A stretch of 64,000 nucleotides of DNA, taken from contig CAWBNQ010000008.1 in NCBI GenBank assembly GCA_963790205.1, positions 225,021-289,020 of the forward strand. The letters run 5' to 3'. Below are positions 8,332 to 20,198 of this stretch, one piece after another; position 1 is the stretch's first letter, and each line of letters opens with the position of its first letter. The notes below the pieces were generated by a model. It saw only the letters and a list, made by a program, of their open reading frames with translations, was not told the DNA's origin and searched no databases. The position numbers and the translations under genes are program-made. Origin of the DNA: Nitrospirota bacterium. GTDB taxonomy: Bacteria > Nitrospirota > UBA9217.

Positions 8332-9894
8332 GTGAGTGTGGCTAAGGCACTCATGATACAAGGCACCGGCTCGGGTGTCGGAAAAAGCATTATCGTCGCC
8401 GGTCTCTGCAGGATCTTCCGCGACCAGGGCGTCAACGTCGCCCCCTTTAAGGCGCAGAACATGGCCTTGAACTCGTTCATTACGCGAGAGGGCGGCGAGA
8501 TCGGACGCGCCCAGGCGTATCAGGCCGAGGCGGCACGCGTCGAGCCGTCCGTGGATATGAACCCCGTATTGCTTAAGGCGACGGGGGAGGCCGGCTGCCA
8601 GGTGGTCCTGAACGGCAAGGTCCATTCGAACATGCAGGCGCGGGAGTACTATTCATTCAAGAAAGAGGCATGGGCCGCGGTAACGGAAGCATATGAACGT
8701 TTATCAAAACGGCATGACCTCGTCATCATTGAAGGAGCCGGCAGCCCCGCGGAGATCAATCTCAGGAACGACGAGGTCGTGAACATGAGCGTTGCCCGGC
8801 ATGCGAACGCGCCGGTGCTGCTCGTCGGGGACATCGACAAGGGGGGGGTGTTCGCCTCCCTGTACGGGACCATTGCGCTTTTAGATGATGAGGCCGATTA
8901 CATCAAGGCGTTCATCATCAATAAATTCCGGGGGGACCTGTCGATCCTGGAGCCGGGGCTTGCGATGATACACGGGAAAACAGGCAGGCCGGTCCTCGGC
9001 GTCATTCCCTATCTCGGCGATCTCGGCCTGCACGAGGAGGACGGTATCCCTCCCGAACGGCTCTGGTGCTCGAATAACGGGAAGTCCTCACAGCCGAGGA
9101 TCAAGGTCGTGGTAATCAGGCTCAGGTATATTTCCAACTTCACGGATTTCGACCCGTTCCTGTACGAACAGGATGTCGAGCTGGTCTATTCCCTGCGGGA
9201 CGTCGATATCGAGCATGCGGACCTCGTCATCATCCCGGGTTCGAAAAACACGGTACAGGACCTTTTGTTCCTGCGCGAAGCGGGCATTGAAAGAAGCATC
9301 CAAAGGGCCGTTGAAAAGGGCATTCCGCTCATCGGTATTTGCGGCGGCTACCAGATGCTCGGGAAGAAGATCCTCGATCCTCACGGCGTGGAAAGCGGGC
9401 AACGTGAAGTTCGCGGGCTGGAATATCTTGACGTTGAGACGATACTCGAGAGGACAAAAGTCACTTCACAGGTGGAAGCCTTTGCAAATACGGAATGCGG
9501 AATGTGGAATTCGGAATGGTGCGGCAATGACATCCTTAAAGGCTATGAGATTCATATGGGTAGGACAACGGGCGATGTGGGATTGTTCAAGCTCAAAAGG
9601 CTTGATGCGGATTCCATATTCGGCATTCCGCATTTCGAATTCGTGCCGGATGGTTCGCAAAAGGGCGCGGTCTGGGGCACGTACCTGCACGGGATATTTG
9701 ATAATGACCGGTTCAGACGGGGGCTCATCAATGATCTCCGGGCCAAACGGGGGTTGACGCACGTGGATGGTGCTACGGATTTCGCGAAAGCACGAGATTT
9801 AGCTCTTGATAAATGGGCTGACGTCCTGCGGGAGAGTATTAATATGAGTTTCATACAGGAGCTTATCATAAGATCATCAAATACGGCCCCGTGA
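8332..9894 (+). CDS. cobQ: Cobyric acid synthase CobQ/CbiP
   Basis: MIQGTGSGVGKS, PFKAQNMALNS, EGAGSPAEINL, GDIDKGG, ISNFTDFDP, IGICGGYQMLG, GYEIHMG, GTYLHGIFD. Confidence 0.95.
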   Translation: MSVAKALMIQGTGSGVGKSIIVAGLCRIFRDQGVNVAPFKAQNMALNSFITREGGEIGRAQAYQAEAARVEPSVDMNPVLLKATGEAGCQVVLNGKVHSNMQAREYYSFKKEAWAAVTEAYERLSKRHDLVIIEGAGSPAEINLRNDEVVNMSVARHANAPVLLVGDIDKGGVFASLYGTIALLDDEADYIKAFIINKFRGDLSILEPGLAMIHGKTGRPVLGVIPYLGDLGLHEEDGIPPERLWCSNNGKSSQPRIKVVVIRLRYISNFTDFDPFLYEQDVELVYSLRDVDIEHADLVIIPGSKNTVQDLLFLREAGIERSIQRAVEKGIPLIGICGGYQMLGKKILDPHGVESGQREVRGLEYLDVETILERTKVTSQVEAFANTECGMWNSEWCGNDILKGYEIHMGRTTGDVGLFKLKRLDADSIFGIPHFEFVPDGSQKGAVWGTYLHGIFDNDRFRRGLINDLRAKRGLTHVDGATDFAKARDLALDKWADVLRESINMSFIQELIIRSSNTAP

Positions 9895-9994
9895 ACATTA
9901 CATCGTTTTGTCGCAGGGACTGCGAAGGAGGTGTTGATCAAAATATCGAGCATGATCATTCAGACAGGAAGATGATAAACACGTAACTACAGTC

Positions 9995-10178
9995 CGGGAA
10001 TGAAGAAGCGGAAGGGGGTGCGATTCCCCCGCTGTCGCGCAACTGTGATGGAAACGAAAGCCTGTTTTGCCACTGGAGGGACAGTTCAAACGGTTTAAAT
10101 TGTTTAACCGGCTTGAACCGTGTTTCCGGGAAGGCGGGCGAGTAGGACGTCCTAAGCCAGGAGACCTCTTCATTCCCA
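9995..10178 (+). ncRNA. Cobalamin riboswitch upstream of btuB
   Basis: GGAAGGGGGTGCGATTCCCCCGCTGTCGCGCAACTGTGA...GCCACTGG...GGGAAGGC...AAGCCAGGAGACCT. P1 pairs GGGAATGAAGA with TCTTCATTCCC. Confidence 0.92.
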
Positions 10179-10206
10179 AAACCTCGAAAGAAGGAGAGTC
10201 TATTAT

Positions 10207-12054
10207 ATGGTCAAGAGAAGTGTTGTGGCAGTGGCTATGATTTGGTGTGTGTCGGCATCGGCAGCGCCGGTGGTCATGGCGGATGATACCGGGGTGCAAT
10301 TAAAGGAAGTGGTGGTTACGGCCACGAAAACGGAGAAAGAGCCGCAAGACGTGACACAGACGGTCACGGTCATCACCGCCGACGATATTCAGAAGTCGGG
10401 GGCAACGACCGCAGCCGAGGTCGTCGAACGGGTAGCCGGCGTTGAGGTGAATGACTACGGAGCAAAAGGTTCAACGAGTAGTATCAATATCAGGGGGGCG
10501 AATTACGAGCAAGTCCTGGTGCTTTTGGACGGCAGACGGCTGAACTCTGCGAGCGCCGGGGGGTTCGATATGGCCGATTTGCCGGTGTCTCTTGAAGACA
10601 TCGAAAGGATCGAGATCGTACGCGGCCCTTCTTCCGCGTTGTATGGCGCGGACGCCGTTGGAGGCGTCGTTAACATTATTACAAAAAAACCGACGGGAGC
10701 ATCGACGACGGTCACCGGCGCGGCGGGGAGCCACGGCTACGAGTCGCTCTCGCTCAGCAATTCGAATAAGCTTGATAAGTTTTATTACACGCTCTCCGCC
10801 GGCAGGGAGAAGTCCGCGGGTTTTCGCATGAACAGCGACCTTGATCAGGGTACGGTGGGAGCAAAGCTGGGCTACGAGATCAATCCAGATTCGAACGTGG
10901 AATTCGAGACGGATTATCTCGGGAAAGAGATCGGCGTACCCGGCTCTATCCAATTTCCGAGCCCGCTGGCGCGACAGTGGGACCGCAACCTGGGCTCATC
11001 CCTGACGTATAAAACTAAATTCTCCAAGGAGCTCGATCTCAAGCTGAACATGTATCAGACCCGTGACGACCTCATCTATATAAATCCTGACCCGCTATTT
11101 TCGGTGAACAGCAAACACCGAGGCATAGCGACCGGCGGAGAGGCCCAAACCAATTGGCTTGCCAACTCATGGAACCAGCTTACCTTCGGTATGGAGTCAA
11201 AACAGGACCACCTTACAAGCACCGATGCGGGGGTGCATACGGCATCGCTCCAGTCCGCCTATCTCCAGGATGAAATTTCCCTTGGTGAGCCGCTCATTGT
11301 CGTTATTGGTGATCGATATGATAATCATTCGCTCTACGGCGATAAGGCCAGTCCCAAGGTGAGTGCGCGCTATCTCATTGCCGGGCCGGGAACCATTATC
11401 AGGGCCTCGGCGGGCGAAGCCTTCAGGGCGCCTACGCTGAACGAACTCTTTTGGACCTTTGACGGCTTTGAGAAAGGAAACCGGGACCTCTTGCCCGAGA
11501 CTTCGAAAGAATACGAAGCGGGGATCGAACAACCGTTCGGAAAAGGAAACTCGGTCAAGGTCTCCTATTTTGAACGAAAGATCAATAATCTCATCCAATG
11601 GGTGCCGGATTCGAGCTTCATATACAGCCCCATCAATATCGGAAAGGCCCGCATCACGGGAACGGAATCGGAGGCCAGGTTCACGCCCTTCGAGCTGCTG
11701 ACTTGGGCGGTCAACTATACTTATATGAACGCGGTGGATGAAACTTCGGGGGCGAGGATATATGATGTTATCCCTTCGGATCAGCTCAAGAGCTATGTCA
11801 ACCTTGCACTTCCAACAAAGACGAATTTATATATAGAAGGCAGGTGGGTGAAAAACTACGTGAAGCCCGGAGATCCGTCATGGCACTACACCGCTGTCGA
11901 TGGGAAAATCAGCCAGATGGTCGCGGTCAGCCAAGGCGTGAAGGCCGATGTGTTCGTCGGCGTTAAGAATGCCTTCAACCGTCAATACGAAATCGTCAGA
12001 GGTTATCCCATGCCGCGTGAGGAAATGTACGGAGGTGTTTCGGTCCGGTTCTAG
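10207..12054 (+). CDS. btuB: TonB-dependent receptor, probable cobalamin receptor
   Basis: TonB box EVVVTAT; plug domain IRGA..VLVLLDG..IERIEIVRGP.SALYGADAVGGVVNIIT; C-terminal Phe; riboswitch upstream. Confidence 0.88.
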   Translation: MVKRSVVAVAMIWCVSASAAPVVMADDTGVQLKEVVVTATKTEKEPQDVTQTVTVITADDIQKSGATTAAEVVERVAGVEVNDYGAKGSTSSINIRGANYEQVLVLLDGRRLNSASAGGFDMADLPVSLEDIERIEIVRGPSSALYGADAVGGVVNIITKKPTGASTTVTGAAGSHGYESLSLSNSNKLDKFYYTLSAGREKSAGFRMNSDLDQGTVGAKLGYEINPDSNVEFETDYLGKEIGVPGSIQFPSPLARQWDRNLGSSLTYKTKFSKELDLKLNMYQTRDDLIYINPDPLFSVNSKHRGIATGGEAQTNWLANSWNQLTFGMESKQDHLTSTDAGVHTASLQSAYLQDEISLGEPLIVVIGDRYDNHSLYGDKASPKVSARYLIAGPGTIIRASAGEAFRAPTLNELFWTFDGFEKGNRDLLPETSKEYEAGIEQPFGKGNSVKVSYFERKINNLIQWVPDSSFIYSPINIGKARITGTESEARFTPFELLTWAVNYTYMNAVDETSGARIYDVIPSDQLKSYVNLALPTKTNLYIEGRWVKNYVKPGDPSWHYTAVDGKISQMVAVSQGVKADVFVGVKNAFNRQYEIVRGYPMPREEMYGGVSVRF

Positions 12055-12152
12055 GCAGGAGAAAACCATGTAGTTGCAGAGTCGCGGAGGGTTCGGGACG
12101 GGCTTTTTTGGGCCCTCCGCGCACTCTCTATCCCTGTGGTAAGATATTTATC

Positions 12153-12818
12153 ATGACGTTTCAACGCTCACTCTATACATCCGTCTTTATTCATGTCCTG
12201 ATCTTCGGCAGCGCCATCGCCTTTGCCCAGTTCACCAGGGGTGCGCTCTGGGGAAATCGGGACGCGGTTATGGTATCCCTTGTCGGTTCCGGGTCGGGAT
12301 CGGAGGGCAGGATTTTACAAAGAGCGGGACATCGGGAGGCGCGGTCCGAGGACCGGCCGGTTGTGACAGACACGACAACCGCTCCTGCAATACAGCCGGA
12401 AACGCCGGCGCATAAACCATCTGCGCGAGAGGAAACGTCGGTCCCGGCGGATACTGAAAGCAGAAGATCAGGCCATGGCGATGCCGGTGCCCGGCAGGGA
12501 CAGGGGGGGAGCGGGACAACGGGATCGGACCCGGGCGCGCAGTTCGGGCTTATTCCCGCAGAACAGTGGGCTGTTATCGAGTCGCAAATCGAGCGGTCAA
12601 AGAACTATCCTCGAGTGGCGCGGGAGCGGGGCATCCAGGGCGTGGTCCATGTGCGGTTCAAGCTGAAACCAACCGGTGATGTGGAAACCGTTGAAATCGT
12701 CCAAAGCTCGGGGTATGATATTCTCGACACTGCTTCAGTCCGGACGGTGTACCGCGCCGCTCCGATGCCCTATGTCAGCGGATGGGTTGAAGTGCCGATG
12801 GCGTATGTGCTTAAATGA
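12153..12818 (+). CDS. tonB: Energy transducer TonB
   Basis: N-terminal transmembrane helix with S..IH; C-terminal [18 protein letters not shown]...SSGYDILD. Confidence 0.85.
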   Translation: MTFQRSLYTSVFIHVLIFGSAIAFAQFTRGALWGNRDAVMVSLVGSGSGSEGRILQRAGHREARSEDRPVVTDTTTAPAIQPETPAHKPSAREETSVPADTESRRSGHGDAGARQGQGGSGTTGSDPGAQFGLIPAEQWAVIESQIERSKNYPRVARERGIQGVVHVRFKLKPTGDVETVEIVQSSGYDILDTASVRTVYRAAPMPYVSGWVEVPMAYVLK

Positions 12819-12841
12819 AAATTCGGGATTCGGGATGCGGG

Positions 12842-13039
12842 ATGAAAGTCAAGAAGACGCGATGTCCGATATGCAGGAAAGAAGCTTCGTGGGACGATAA
12901 TCCCTTCAGACCCTTCTGCTCCGAGCGGTGCAGGCTGATCGATCTGGGGAAATGGGCATCGGAAGACTATCGGATCGCGGATGAGAAGAAGGACTTGCCC
13001 TGCGATGATCGGGACGAAAAAAATAACTCGCAGAGGTAG
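12842..13039 (+). CDS. yacG: DNA gyrase inhibitor YacG
   Basis: CPIC...[26 protein letters not shown]. Confidence 0.93.
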   Translation: MKVKKTRCPICRKEASWDDNPFRPFCSERCRLIDLGKWASEDYRIADEKKDLPCDDRDEKNNSQR

Positions 13040-13207
13040 ATAATTTATTAAAAATATATTACAATAAGGCAATCAGAAATCCTGACACCGAAATCATGCA
13101 CGATTTCAAAATTCAAGATTCAATGGTTATGGATGTCGGGCGTCGGATATTTTATTCGGTACCGGGATCAGCAATCAGGATTTGTCGTAACCAGGAGGCC
13201 AGGCTGC

Positions 13208-14347
13208 ATGGAAGTCCGGTGTGGAAAATGTAACAAGCTCTTCCGTGTCTCGGATGACAAAATTGCCGGACCGGGGGTCAAGTTCGCGTGTTCACGGTGC
13301 GGCGAATACGTAAAGATCACGAAGGCAGACTTTGAACAGTACAACCTGTCCCAGGCGACGGCCTCGGTCCTTGCATCCCATGAGCCAAAACCAAAAACTG
13401 TCAAGGCGTCCCCTGAGACGGCAAGAGATAGGGTTGGTTCAGCTCCCGCCGCAACTCCTCCGGGCTTTGACCTCAGTGAGCCTCCTGCAAATGAGTTCCC
13501 GCCTGAAGACCAGGCCCCGCCGGCATTCGTTAAGCCGGCGCCTGCGCCCCGGCCGGCCCCGGAGCCGCCACCTGTTCAGCCTAAGCCTCAATCTAAGGTG
13601 GGACCCAAAGAATCAAAACCAACAGCACCCGTCATGCAGCCCTCGGTGACGCCGCCCAAACCAGCTGCGGCAGTCAAACCGGAATCGGGAGCGCATTCTT
13701 TCCCGCAAGGGTCGTCGGCCCCTTCCGCGCCAGCAGGTGAAGCGGCGCAGCCTGCCATGCCTCTGTTATCAACACCTTCGGCAGGGCCTGCTGCTTCTTC
13801 CGGAACAGGGAAGAGGCTTTTGGTCTTCATTGCCGTGCTCCTCGTCATCATTCTAGCGGCCGTATTCGGCGCAAAATGGTATTTCGGACGGGCTTCACAT
13901 CAGGTCTCTGACGCCGTTAAAGCGGTGACGTCACCCGAGGGACTGCTGATAACGAGCGCATCGGGCGCCATAGATCCCGGCACCCAGGATCTGGTCATAA
14001 CCGGCGTCATCGAAAATACCACGGACAAACCGAGACCGGCCTGGTATGTCGTTGCCGATGTGTACGACGCGCAGAACACGGTCCTGATCCGGGCGAAAAT
14101 GCTGAGCGGAAAGCAGATCTATACCCGACGGGATTATGACATTTTCGCCAAACGCGGTTACAATATGCAGGACCTGAAAATGAAAATGCAGGAACCGGGA
14201 ATCATTATCCAGCCCAAAGGTACGGTGAATTTCGAGATCCGTATCATGGAACCGCCGGTCGGTATCGCGAGCTTTAACGCCACACTTCAACCCTTCGATC
14301 CCGTGCAGCTGTTCAAAGAGATCGTTGAAGACCAGAAACAGCAATAA
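13208..14347 (+). CDS. Zinc-ribbon (MJ0042-type) membrane protein with Pro-rich linker and DUF3426-like C-terminal domain
   Basis: MEVRCGKC...FACSRC; Pro-rich linker; one transmembrane helix; LVITGVIEN beta-rich domain. Confidence 0.7.
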   Translation: MEVRCGKCNKLFRVSDDKIAGPGVKFACSRCGEYVKITKADFEQYNLSQATASVLASHEPKPKTVKASPETARDRVGSAPAATPPGFDLSEPPANEFPPEDQAPPAFVKPAPAPRPAPEPPPVQPKPQSKVGPKESKPTAPVMQPSVTPPKPAAAVKPESGAHSFPQGSSAPSAPAGEAAQPAMPLLSTPSAGPAASSGTGKRLLVFIAVLLVIILAAVFGAKWYFGRASHQVSDAVKAVTSPEGLLITSASGAIDPGTQDLVITGVIENTTDKPRPAWYVVADVYDAQNTVLIRAKMLSGKQIYTRRDYDIFAKRGYNMQDLKMKMQEPGIIIQPKGTVNFEIRIMEPPVGIASFNATLQPFDPVQLFKEIVEDQKQQ

Positions 14348-14679
14348 CCCGGCGTGCCAAAATCCATCATGTCCATTGCCCGGTTCCGGTGCCGGGCAAA
14401 GCGTCCTCTATGCTGCGTTCCGCCGCATTTTTTTGAAACGGGCTGCGCGCGACGCCGTTCAAAAGCCAGACCATGCCCCTTAACTCCTTTGTTTCTCCCG
14501 CCCGAGTATCTGCGACGCATTTTAAGCCTCAAGCTCTTTCTTGGGGACATGGGTCCGTTCCGGGTGAAAATTCTATTGAAAAGTCCATCAAGTTAATGTA
14601 TTGTGCTACCTTGTCAGCCGTCGCCAGGGCTGTCCCGAGGACGGCAGCGATAAATCTAGGGGTTACAGCAAATTTTTTC

Positions 14680-14707
14680 TTGACAAATACCGTGGCTATG
14701 CTATAAA
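14680..14707 (+). promoter_or_regulatory. Sigma70-type promoter for metK
   Basis: TTGACA-N16-TATAAA with an extended TG. Confidence 0.55.
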
Positions 14708-14747
14708 AACGAAATTTTTATGGTCCGAAAGGCCGGGAGGAAAACAA

Positions 14748-15905
14748 ATGAGTAGTTGTACCAGAAATTACCTTTTTACTTCGGAATCGGTTACCGAGGG
14801 GCATCCTGATAAAATAGCCGACCAGATATCCGACGCGGTCCTCGACGCGCTGCTCACGCAGGACCCCACGAGCCGCGTTGCGTGCGAGACGCTTTTGACA
14901 ACCGGTCTTGCGATAGTAGCGGGAGAGATCACGACGAAGGGATACGTTGAGATTCCCGACATCGTACGCCAGACGATCAAGGACATCGGGTACACCCGCG
15001 CAAAGTACGGGTTCGATTACGAGACCTGCGGCGTCATCACCTCGGTTCACTCACAGTCTCCGGATATTGCCATGGGCGTGGACACCGGCGGGGCCGGCGA
15101 CCAGGGCCTCATGTTCGGCTATGCCTGCGATGAGACCCCCGAACTTATGCCGATGACCATCATGTTGGCGCACAAACTGACCCGGCAGCTGTCCGAAGTG
15201 AGAAAGACGGAAGTGCTTCCCTACCTCAGGCCTGACGGAAAATCCCAGGTCACGATCGAGTACCGGGACGGCAAGCCCTACAAAATCCACACCATCGTCG
15301 TTTCCTCGCAACACAGCCCCGACGTGCACCTCAAGGACCTGCGTGAGGACGTGATCGAGAAGGTTATAAAACCCGTGGTGCCGAAGCACCTTCTTGACGA
15401 AGAAACCATTATTTATCACATCAACCCCACCGGCAGGTTCGTGGTGGGAGGGCCCATGGGAGATACGGGCCTCACCGGACGCAAGATCATCGTGGACACC
15501 TACGGCGGCGTGGGCAGCCACGGGGGGGGATGCTTCTCGGGCAAGGACCCGTCGAAGGTGGACCGCTCGGCTTCCTATATGGCCCGTTACGTTGCAAAAA
15601 ATATCGTAGCGTCAGGCATCGCGTCGGAAGCAGAGGTGCAGCTCGCCTATGCCATCGGTGTTCCTGAACCGGTTTCCATCCATGTAGACGACTTCGGCAC
15701 TGGCAAAGTCGATCACGACAAGCTGGTGAAGATCATCAGAGATAATTTCGACATGACCCCCAAGGGCATCATGACAACCCTCGATCTTCGCAGGCCCATC
15801 TACCGAAAGACCGCGGCCTACGGCCACTTCGGCAGGACCGAACCGGAATTCACCTGGGAGCGGACCGACAAGGCGGCCAAGATTAAAAAGGACGCGGGGC
15901 TCTGA
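14748..15905 (+). CDS. metK: S-adenosylmethionine synthetase
   Basis: [62 protein letters not shown]. Confidence 0.97.
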   Translation: MSSCTRNYLFTSESVTEGHPDKIADQISDAVLDALLTQDPTSRVACETLLTTGLAIVAGEITTKGYVEIPDIVRQTIKDIGYTRAKYGFDYETCGVITSVHSQSPDIAMGVDTGGAGDQGLMFGYACDETPELMPMTIMLAHKLTRQLSEVRKTEVLPYLRPDGKSQVTIEYRDGKPYKIHTIVVSSQHSPDVHLKDLREDVIEKVIKPVVPKHLLDEETIIYHINPTGRFVVGGPMGDTGLTGRKIIVDTYGGVGSHGGGCFSGKDPSKVDRSASYMARYVAKNIVASGIASEAEVQLAYAIGVPEPVSIHVDDFGTGKVDHDKLVKIIRDNFDMTPKGIMTTLDLRRPIYRKTAAYGHFGRTEPEFTWERTDKAAKIKKDAGL

Positions 15906-16099
15906 TTTTGAGACGGCAGAGTTCGCGTAAAGCAAACTGTGCCGAACACCATGCTCCTGCCGCACAGCATAGTTGTACGCTCGTTACGAGCTTCGGGCGG
16001 TATTTCCAGAATGCGGATAGTAACAGGCCGTTCCGGCAGGACCGGCCGTCTAGACTGTTCAACTCTCTATATAAAATATCATACGGAGGAGGTAGTAAG

Positions 16100-16693
16100 A
16101 TGATGAAGAACGTTATTTTGTTGTTAGCCGCTTTGATGTTGTGTCTGGTCCCGCTAGCGGTTTTTGCCGCGGGCGCCCACGACGGGCTGGAGTGCACCGG
16201 CTGCCATGCGCTTCATACCGCGAAGGACGGCAAGCTTATCTTTGCCGTGGAAGCGAACAAGAAGGAAATCAATCCCAGGACCAAGCAGCCTTACGGCGGG
16301 GTCACCGCCCTGTGCCTGGGGTGCCATGATACTCCCGAAAAAGGCGGACAGGGAATCAAGCCCATAGACAGCCACACGAGCCATCCGTTCGGACTGACCT
16401 CGGTGAATTCAAAGATCGCCCGCGTTCCGAGCGAATTCATGAGGGACGGCAAGTTCGAATGTACCAGCTGCCATGACCCGCATCCCTCGAACACGAATTA
16501 CAAATATCTCCGGGTCGATACTTCCAATGGTTCGAAGATGGATGTCTTTTGCGCGTCATGTCATCCGATGAAGGCCGATCCGAAATCCGCGGCAAGCGCG
16601 AAAACCACTCTCTTCAACAGCATGGATGAGAACCTGTATAAAGCGTCGGGCTCAGAGGCTCCTGCGGCACCGGCAGCGAAAAAGAAACAATAG
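16100..16693 (+). CDS. Periplasmic tetraheme c-type cytochrome (doubled-CXXCH type)
   Basis: Signal peptide; CTGCH, CLGCH, CTSCH(DPH), CASCH; GGAGGAGG RBS. Confidence 0.85.
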   Translation: MMKNVILLLAALMLCLVPLAVFAAGAHDGLECTGCHALHTAKDGKLIFAVEANKKEINPRTKQPYGGVTALCLGCHDTPEKGGQGIKPIDSHTSHPFGLTSVNSKIARVPSEFMRDGKFECTSCHDPHPSNTNYKYLRVDTSNGSKMDVFCASCHPMKADPKSAASAKTTLFNSMDENLYKASGSEAPAAPAAKKKQ

Positions 16694-16742
16694 TCACCAG
16701 GAATTCGGCAAGGATCGTTTTCTGCGTACATGACAGGAGACA

Positions 16743-16820
16743 GGGCGGACCGAGCCTGAGTTCACCAGGGAAAAGACGGATAAGACAGCAAAGCTCAAGA
16801 AGGAAGCGGGAGTGAAGTAA
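16743..16820 (+). pseudogene. metK 3'-end remnant, copy 2
   Basis: Reads [25 protein letters not shown]; the intact metK ends [24 protein letters not shown]. Confidence 0.8.
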
Positions 16821-16885
16821 TAGCTGATTGCAAAATTTGGATTGTCGCTAGAATCCAGACTATGCCTGAATGGCGTGAAAATTAT

Positions 16886-16912
16886 GTAGGGGCAGCCCTG
16901 TGTGGCTGCCCT
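16886..16912. repeat. REP-like palindrome (GTAG family)
   Basis: GTAGGGGCAGCC-CTGTGT-GGCTGCCCT. Confidence 0.55.
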
Positions 16913-16934
16913 CAATATTGTGTGACTTATACTA

Positions 16935-17012
16935 TTTGGCCGTGAAGAGCCGGAATTCAAGTGGGAAGCCACTGACAAGGCTGCCGCATTGCGCGCAGAA
17001 GCAGGACTGTAA
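16935..17012 (+). pseudogene. metK 3'-end remnant, copy 3 (proteobacterial-type tail)
   Basis: Reads FGREEPEFKWEATDKAAALRAEAGL*. Confidence 0.8.
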
Positions 17013-17022
17013 TTGAAACATC

Positions 17023-17115
17023 AACCTACCCGTCGAGGGGCGCTGCAGCAGTCACCGCAAGGTGGGTCTGTCAGGCTCGATGGGGTGGTTCAACATGCAG
17101 CAACGGCGCCCATTC
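17023..17115 (+). ncRNA. SAH riboswitch
   Basis: CGAGGGGCGCTGCAGC...CAGGCTCG...AACGGCGCCC consensus blocks directly upstream of ahcY. Confidence 0.85.
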
Positions 17116-17137
17116 ATTAACCTGAATGGAGAGCTTT

Positions 17138-18535
<1,398 letters not shown>

Positions 18536-18539
18536 GCGG

Positions 18540-18960
18540 GCTGTCGCTTCGCAAGGAGCACTTCCGGGTCATGAAGGACGGCGCCATCCCTTCAACGTTG
18601 AGATTGACCTCGATGCTCTGGACAGGGTGAAAAAGAAGAAGGGGATCATCCGCGACTTCGTTGAAGAATACACCACGCCGAACGGCGGGAAGATCAATGT
18701 TCTTGGAGAGGGCCGGCTCATCAACCTCGCTTCCGCAGAAGGTCATCCTTCGAGCGTGATGGACATGAGCTTTGCCAACCAGGCGCTTTCCGCCGAGTAT
18801 GCTCAAGAACGCAAAGAAGCTCAAGAAGCGGGTGTACGGCGTGCCGCAGAACATCGATGCCGAGATTGCCCGGCTCAAGCTGAACGCCATGGGCATCAAG
18901 ATCGACAAGCTTACTCCCGAACAGAAGAAGTACCTCGCCTCGTGGGGGATGGGAACGTAG
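18540..18960 (+). pseudogene. 3' remnant of a second ahcY of a different subfamily
   Basis: HFRVMKDGAI/FNVEID...GEGRLINLASAEGHPSSVMDMSFANQAL/...IARLKLNAMGIKIDKLTPEQKKYLASWGMGT*, with a deletion and frameshifts. Confidence 0.88.
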
Positions 18961-18961
18961 C

Positions 18962-19073
18962 CGAATCCGGGATTCGGAATGTTGAATGCGGAATGTGAAA
19001 GAGTGCTTGAAACGCTTTCCATTCCGCATTTTTTTCGCTCTTATTCCGCATTCCGCATTCTGCATTCAGAATT
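18962..19073. repeat. Inverted arrays of the heptamer (AA)TGCGG/ATTCCGC
   Basis: GGATTCGGAATGTTGAATGCGGAATG ... ATTCCGCATTCCGCATTCTGCATTCAG. Confidence 0.7.
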
Positions 19074-19076
19074 GCG

Positions 19077-19955
19077 ATGAAGCCCTACCTGAAAATCGTC
19101 CTCGCCATGCTTATCTGGAGCACCTGGGGCCCGCTGATCCGCTGGATGGCGCTTCCGCCCGTGGTGGTCCTGTTTTATACGTCCTTGAGCGCGGGTTTTA
19201 TCGTTCCCACGGTCTTAAGGATGAGAGGCGATTTTCCCCACGCCATCTTCAGCCTGCAAGCATGGCCGCTCCTTGCCGGACTTTCACTTGCTTCGATCAC
19301 GAACAATGTCGCGTATTTTTACTCCCTGGGGCATACTACGGTTTCGAATGCGGTTTTCAGCCATTATACGGCGCCGGTGATAGTCGCCGTGCTTGCACCG
19401 TTCCTGATCTCCGAACGTCTGCAGAGAGTGACCCTCATCTCGCTTCCGATGGCCGTTCTGGGCATGATCATGATCGTCGCAACGGGAGGAGGGCTGAGCC
19501 TGAACGGCGCACACACTGCGGGCATCGTCGCCGGCGCACTGTCGGGCCTGGCCTATGCGTTCGTTATTATTTTTTCCCGCAGTCTCAGCCGATTGCTCCT
19601 TCACCATAAGGCGATCATCGTCAATCTCTGGATTACCGCTGCAATCACCGCTCCGGCCGCGCTGACCCTTGACTATCATGTATCTATGCGCATCGGATTA
19701 CTTCTCCTGGTCACGGGACTCTTGCACTCCAGCCTTGCTCCGCTCCTGTATTTCAGCGCTCTCAGGCGGGTGCTGGCGCAGCACGCCGCAATTTTAGGCT
19801 ACATCGAGCCGCTCGCCGCCATCCCGCTTGCGTTCCTGTTCTTGTCAGAAAAGCCGCCGCTCATGGCCCTGTTCGGAGGCCTAATGATCCTTTTCTCTGG
19901 GTACCTGATTGTTCGTTCTAAAAAAGCCCACAATGGGACTCTGGCGCCGGAATAA
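19077..19955 (+). CDS. DMT/EamA-family transporter
   Basis: About 10 hydrophobic helices; IWSTWG, YTAPVIVA, AILGYIEPL, GG.MIL. Confidence 0.85.
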   Translation: MKPYLKIVLAMLIWSTWGPLIRWMALPPVVVLFYTSLSAGFIVPTVLRMRGDFPHAIFSLQAWPLLAGLSLASITNNVAYFYSLGHTTVSNAVFSHYTAPVIVAVLAPFLISERLQRVTLISLPMAVLGMIMIVATGGGLSLNGAHTAGIVAGALSGLAYAFVIIFSRSLSRLLLHHKAIIVNLWITAAITAPAALTLDYHVSMRIGLLLLVTGLLHSSLAPLLYFSALRRVLAQHAAILGYIEPLAAIPLAFLFLSEKPPLMALFGGLMILFSGYLIVRSKKAHNGTLAPE

Positions 19956-20198
19956 CACGAAGAGGATTGCACGCCAGCACGTTCTCGAGTACATCCCTGG
20001 GTTTTACGCGCCGTACAGGTTGATCCCGCTTCTCACCATATCTTTTTCTCCTATCCTTGAAAAATCCTATTTTTACGCTATACTTATCCAAGCGACCGGT
20101 ATTGTTCATGCGCGAAAACGATCATGAACTGTCTCATCACGAACTAAAGTACCGGCCCGTAAAATTACCGGTTCAGATGAACCATAAGGAGGCCAGTC

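Noticed and set aside
14350..14600. Hairpins upstream of metK as a SAM riboswitch
   Set aside because: Stems are present, but I could not find SAM-I or SAM-II consensus blocks, and they lie upstream of the predicted promoter.
18962..19073. Short repeat arrays as CRISPR
   Set aside because: The units are 7-9 nt tandem repeats without unique spacers, and no cas genes are present.
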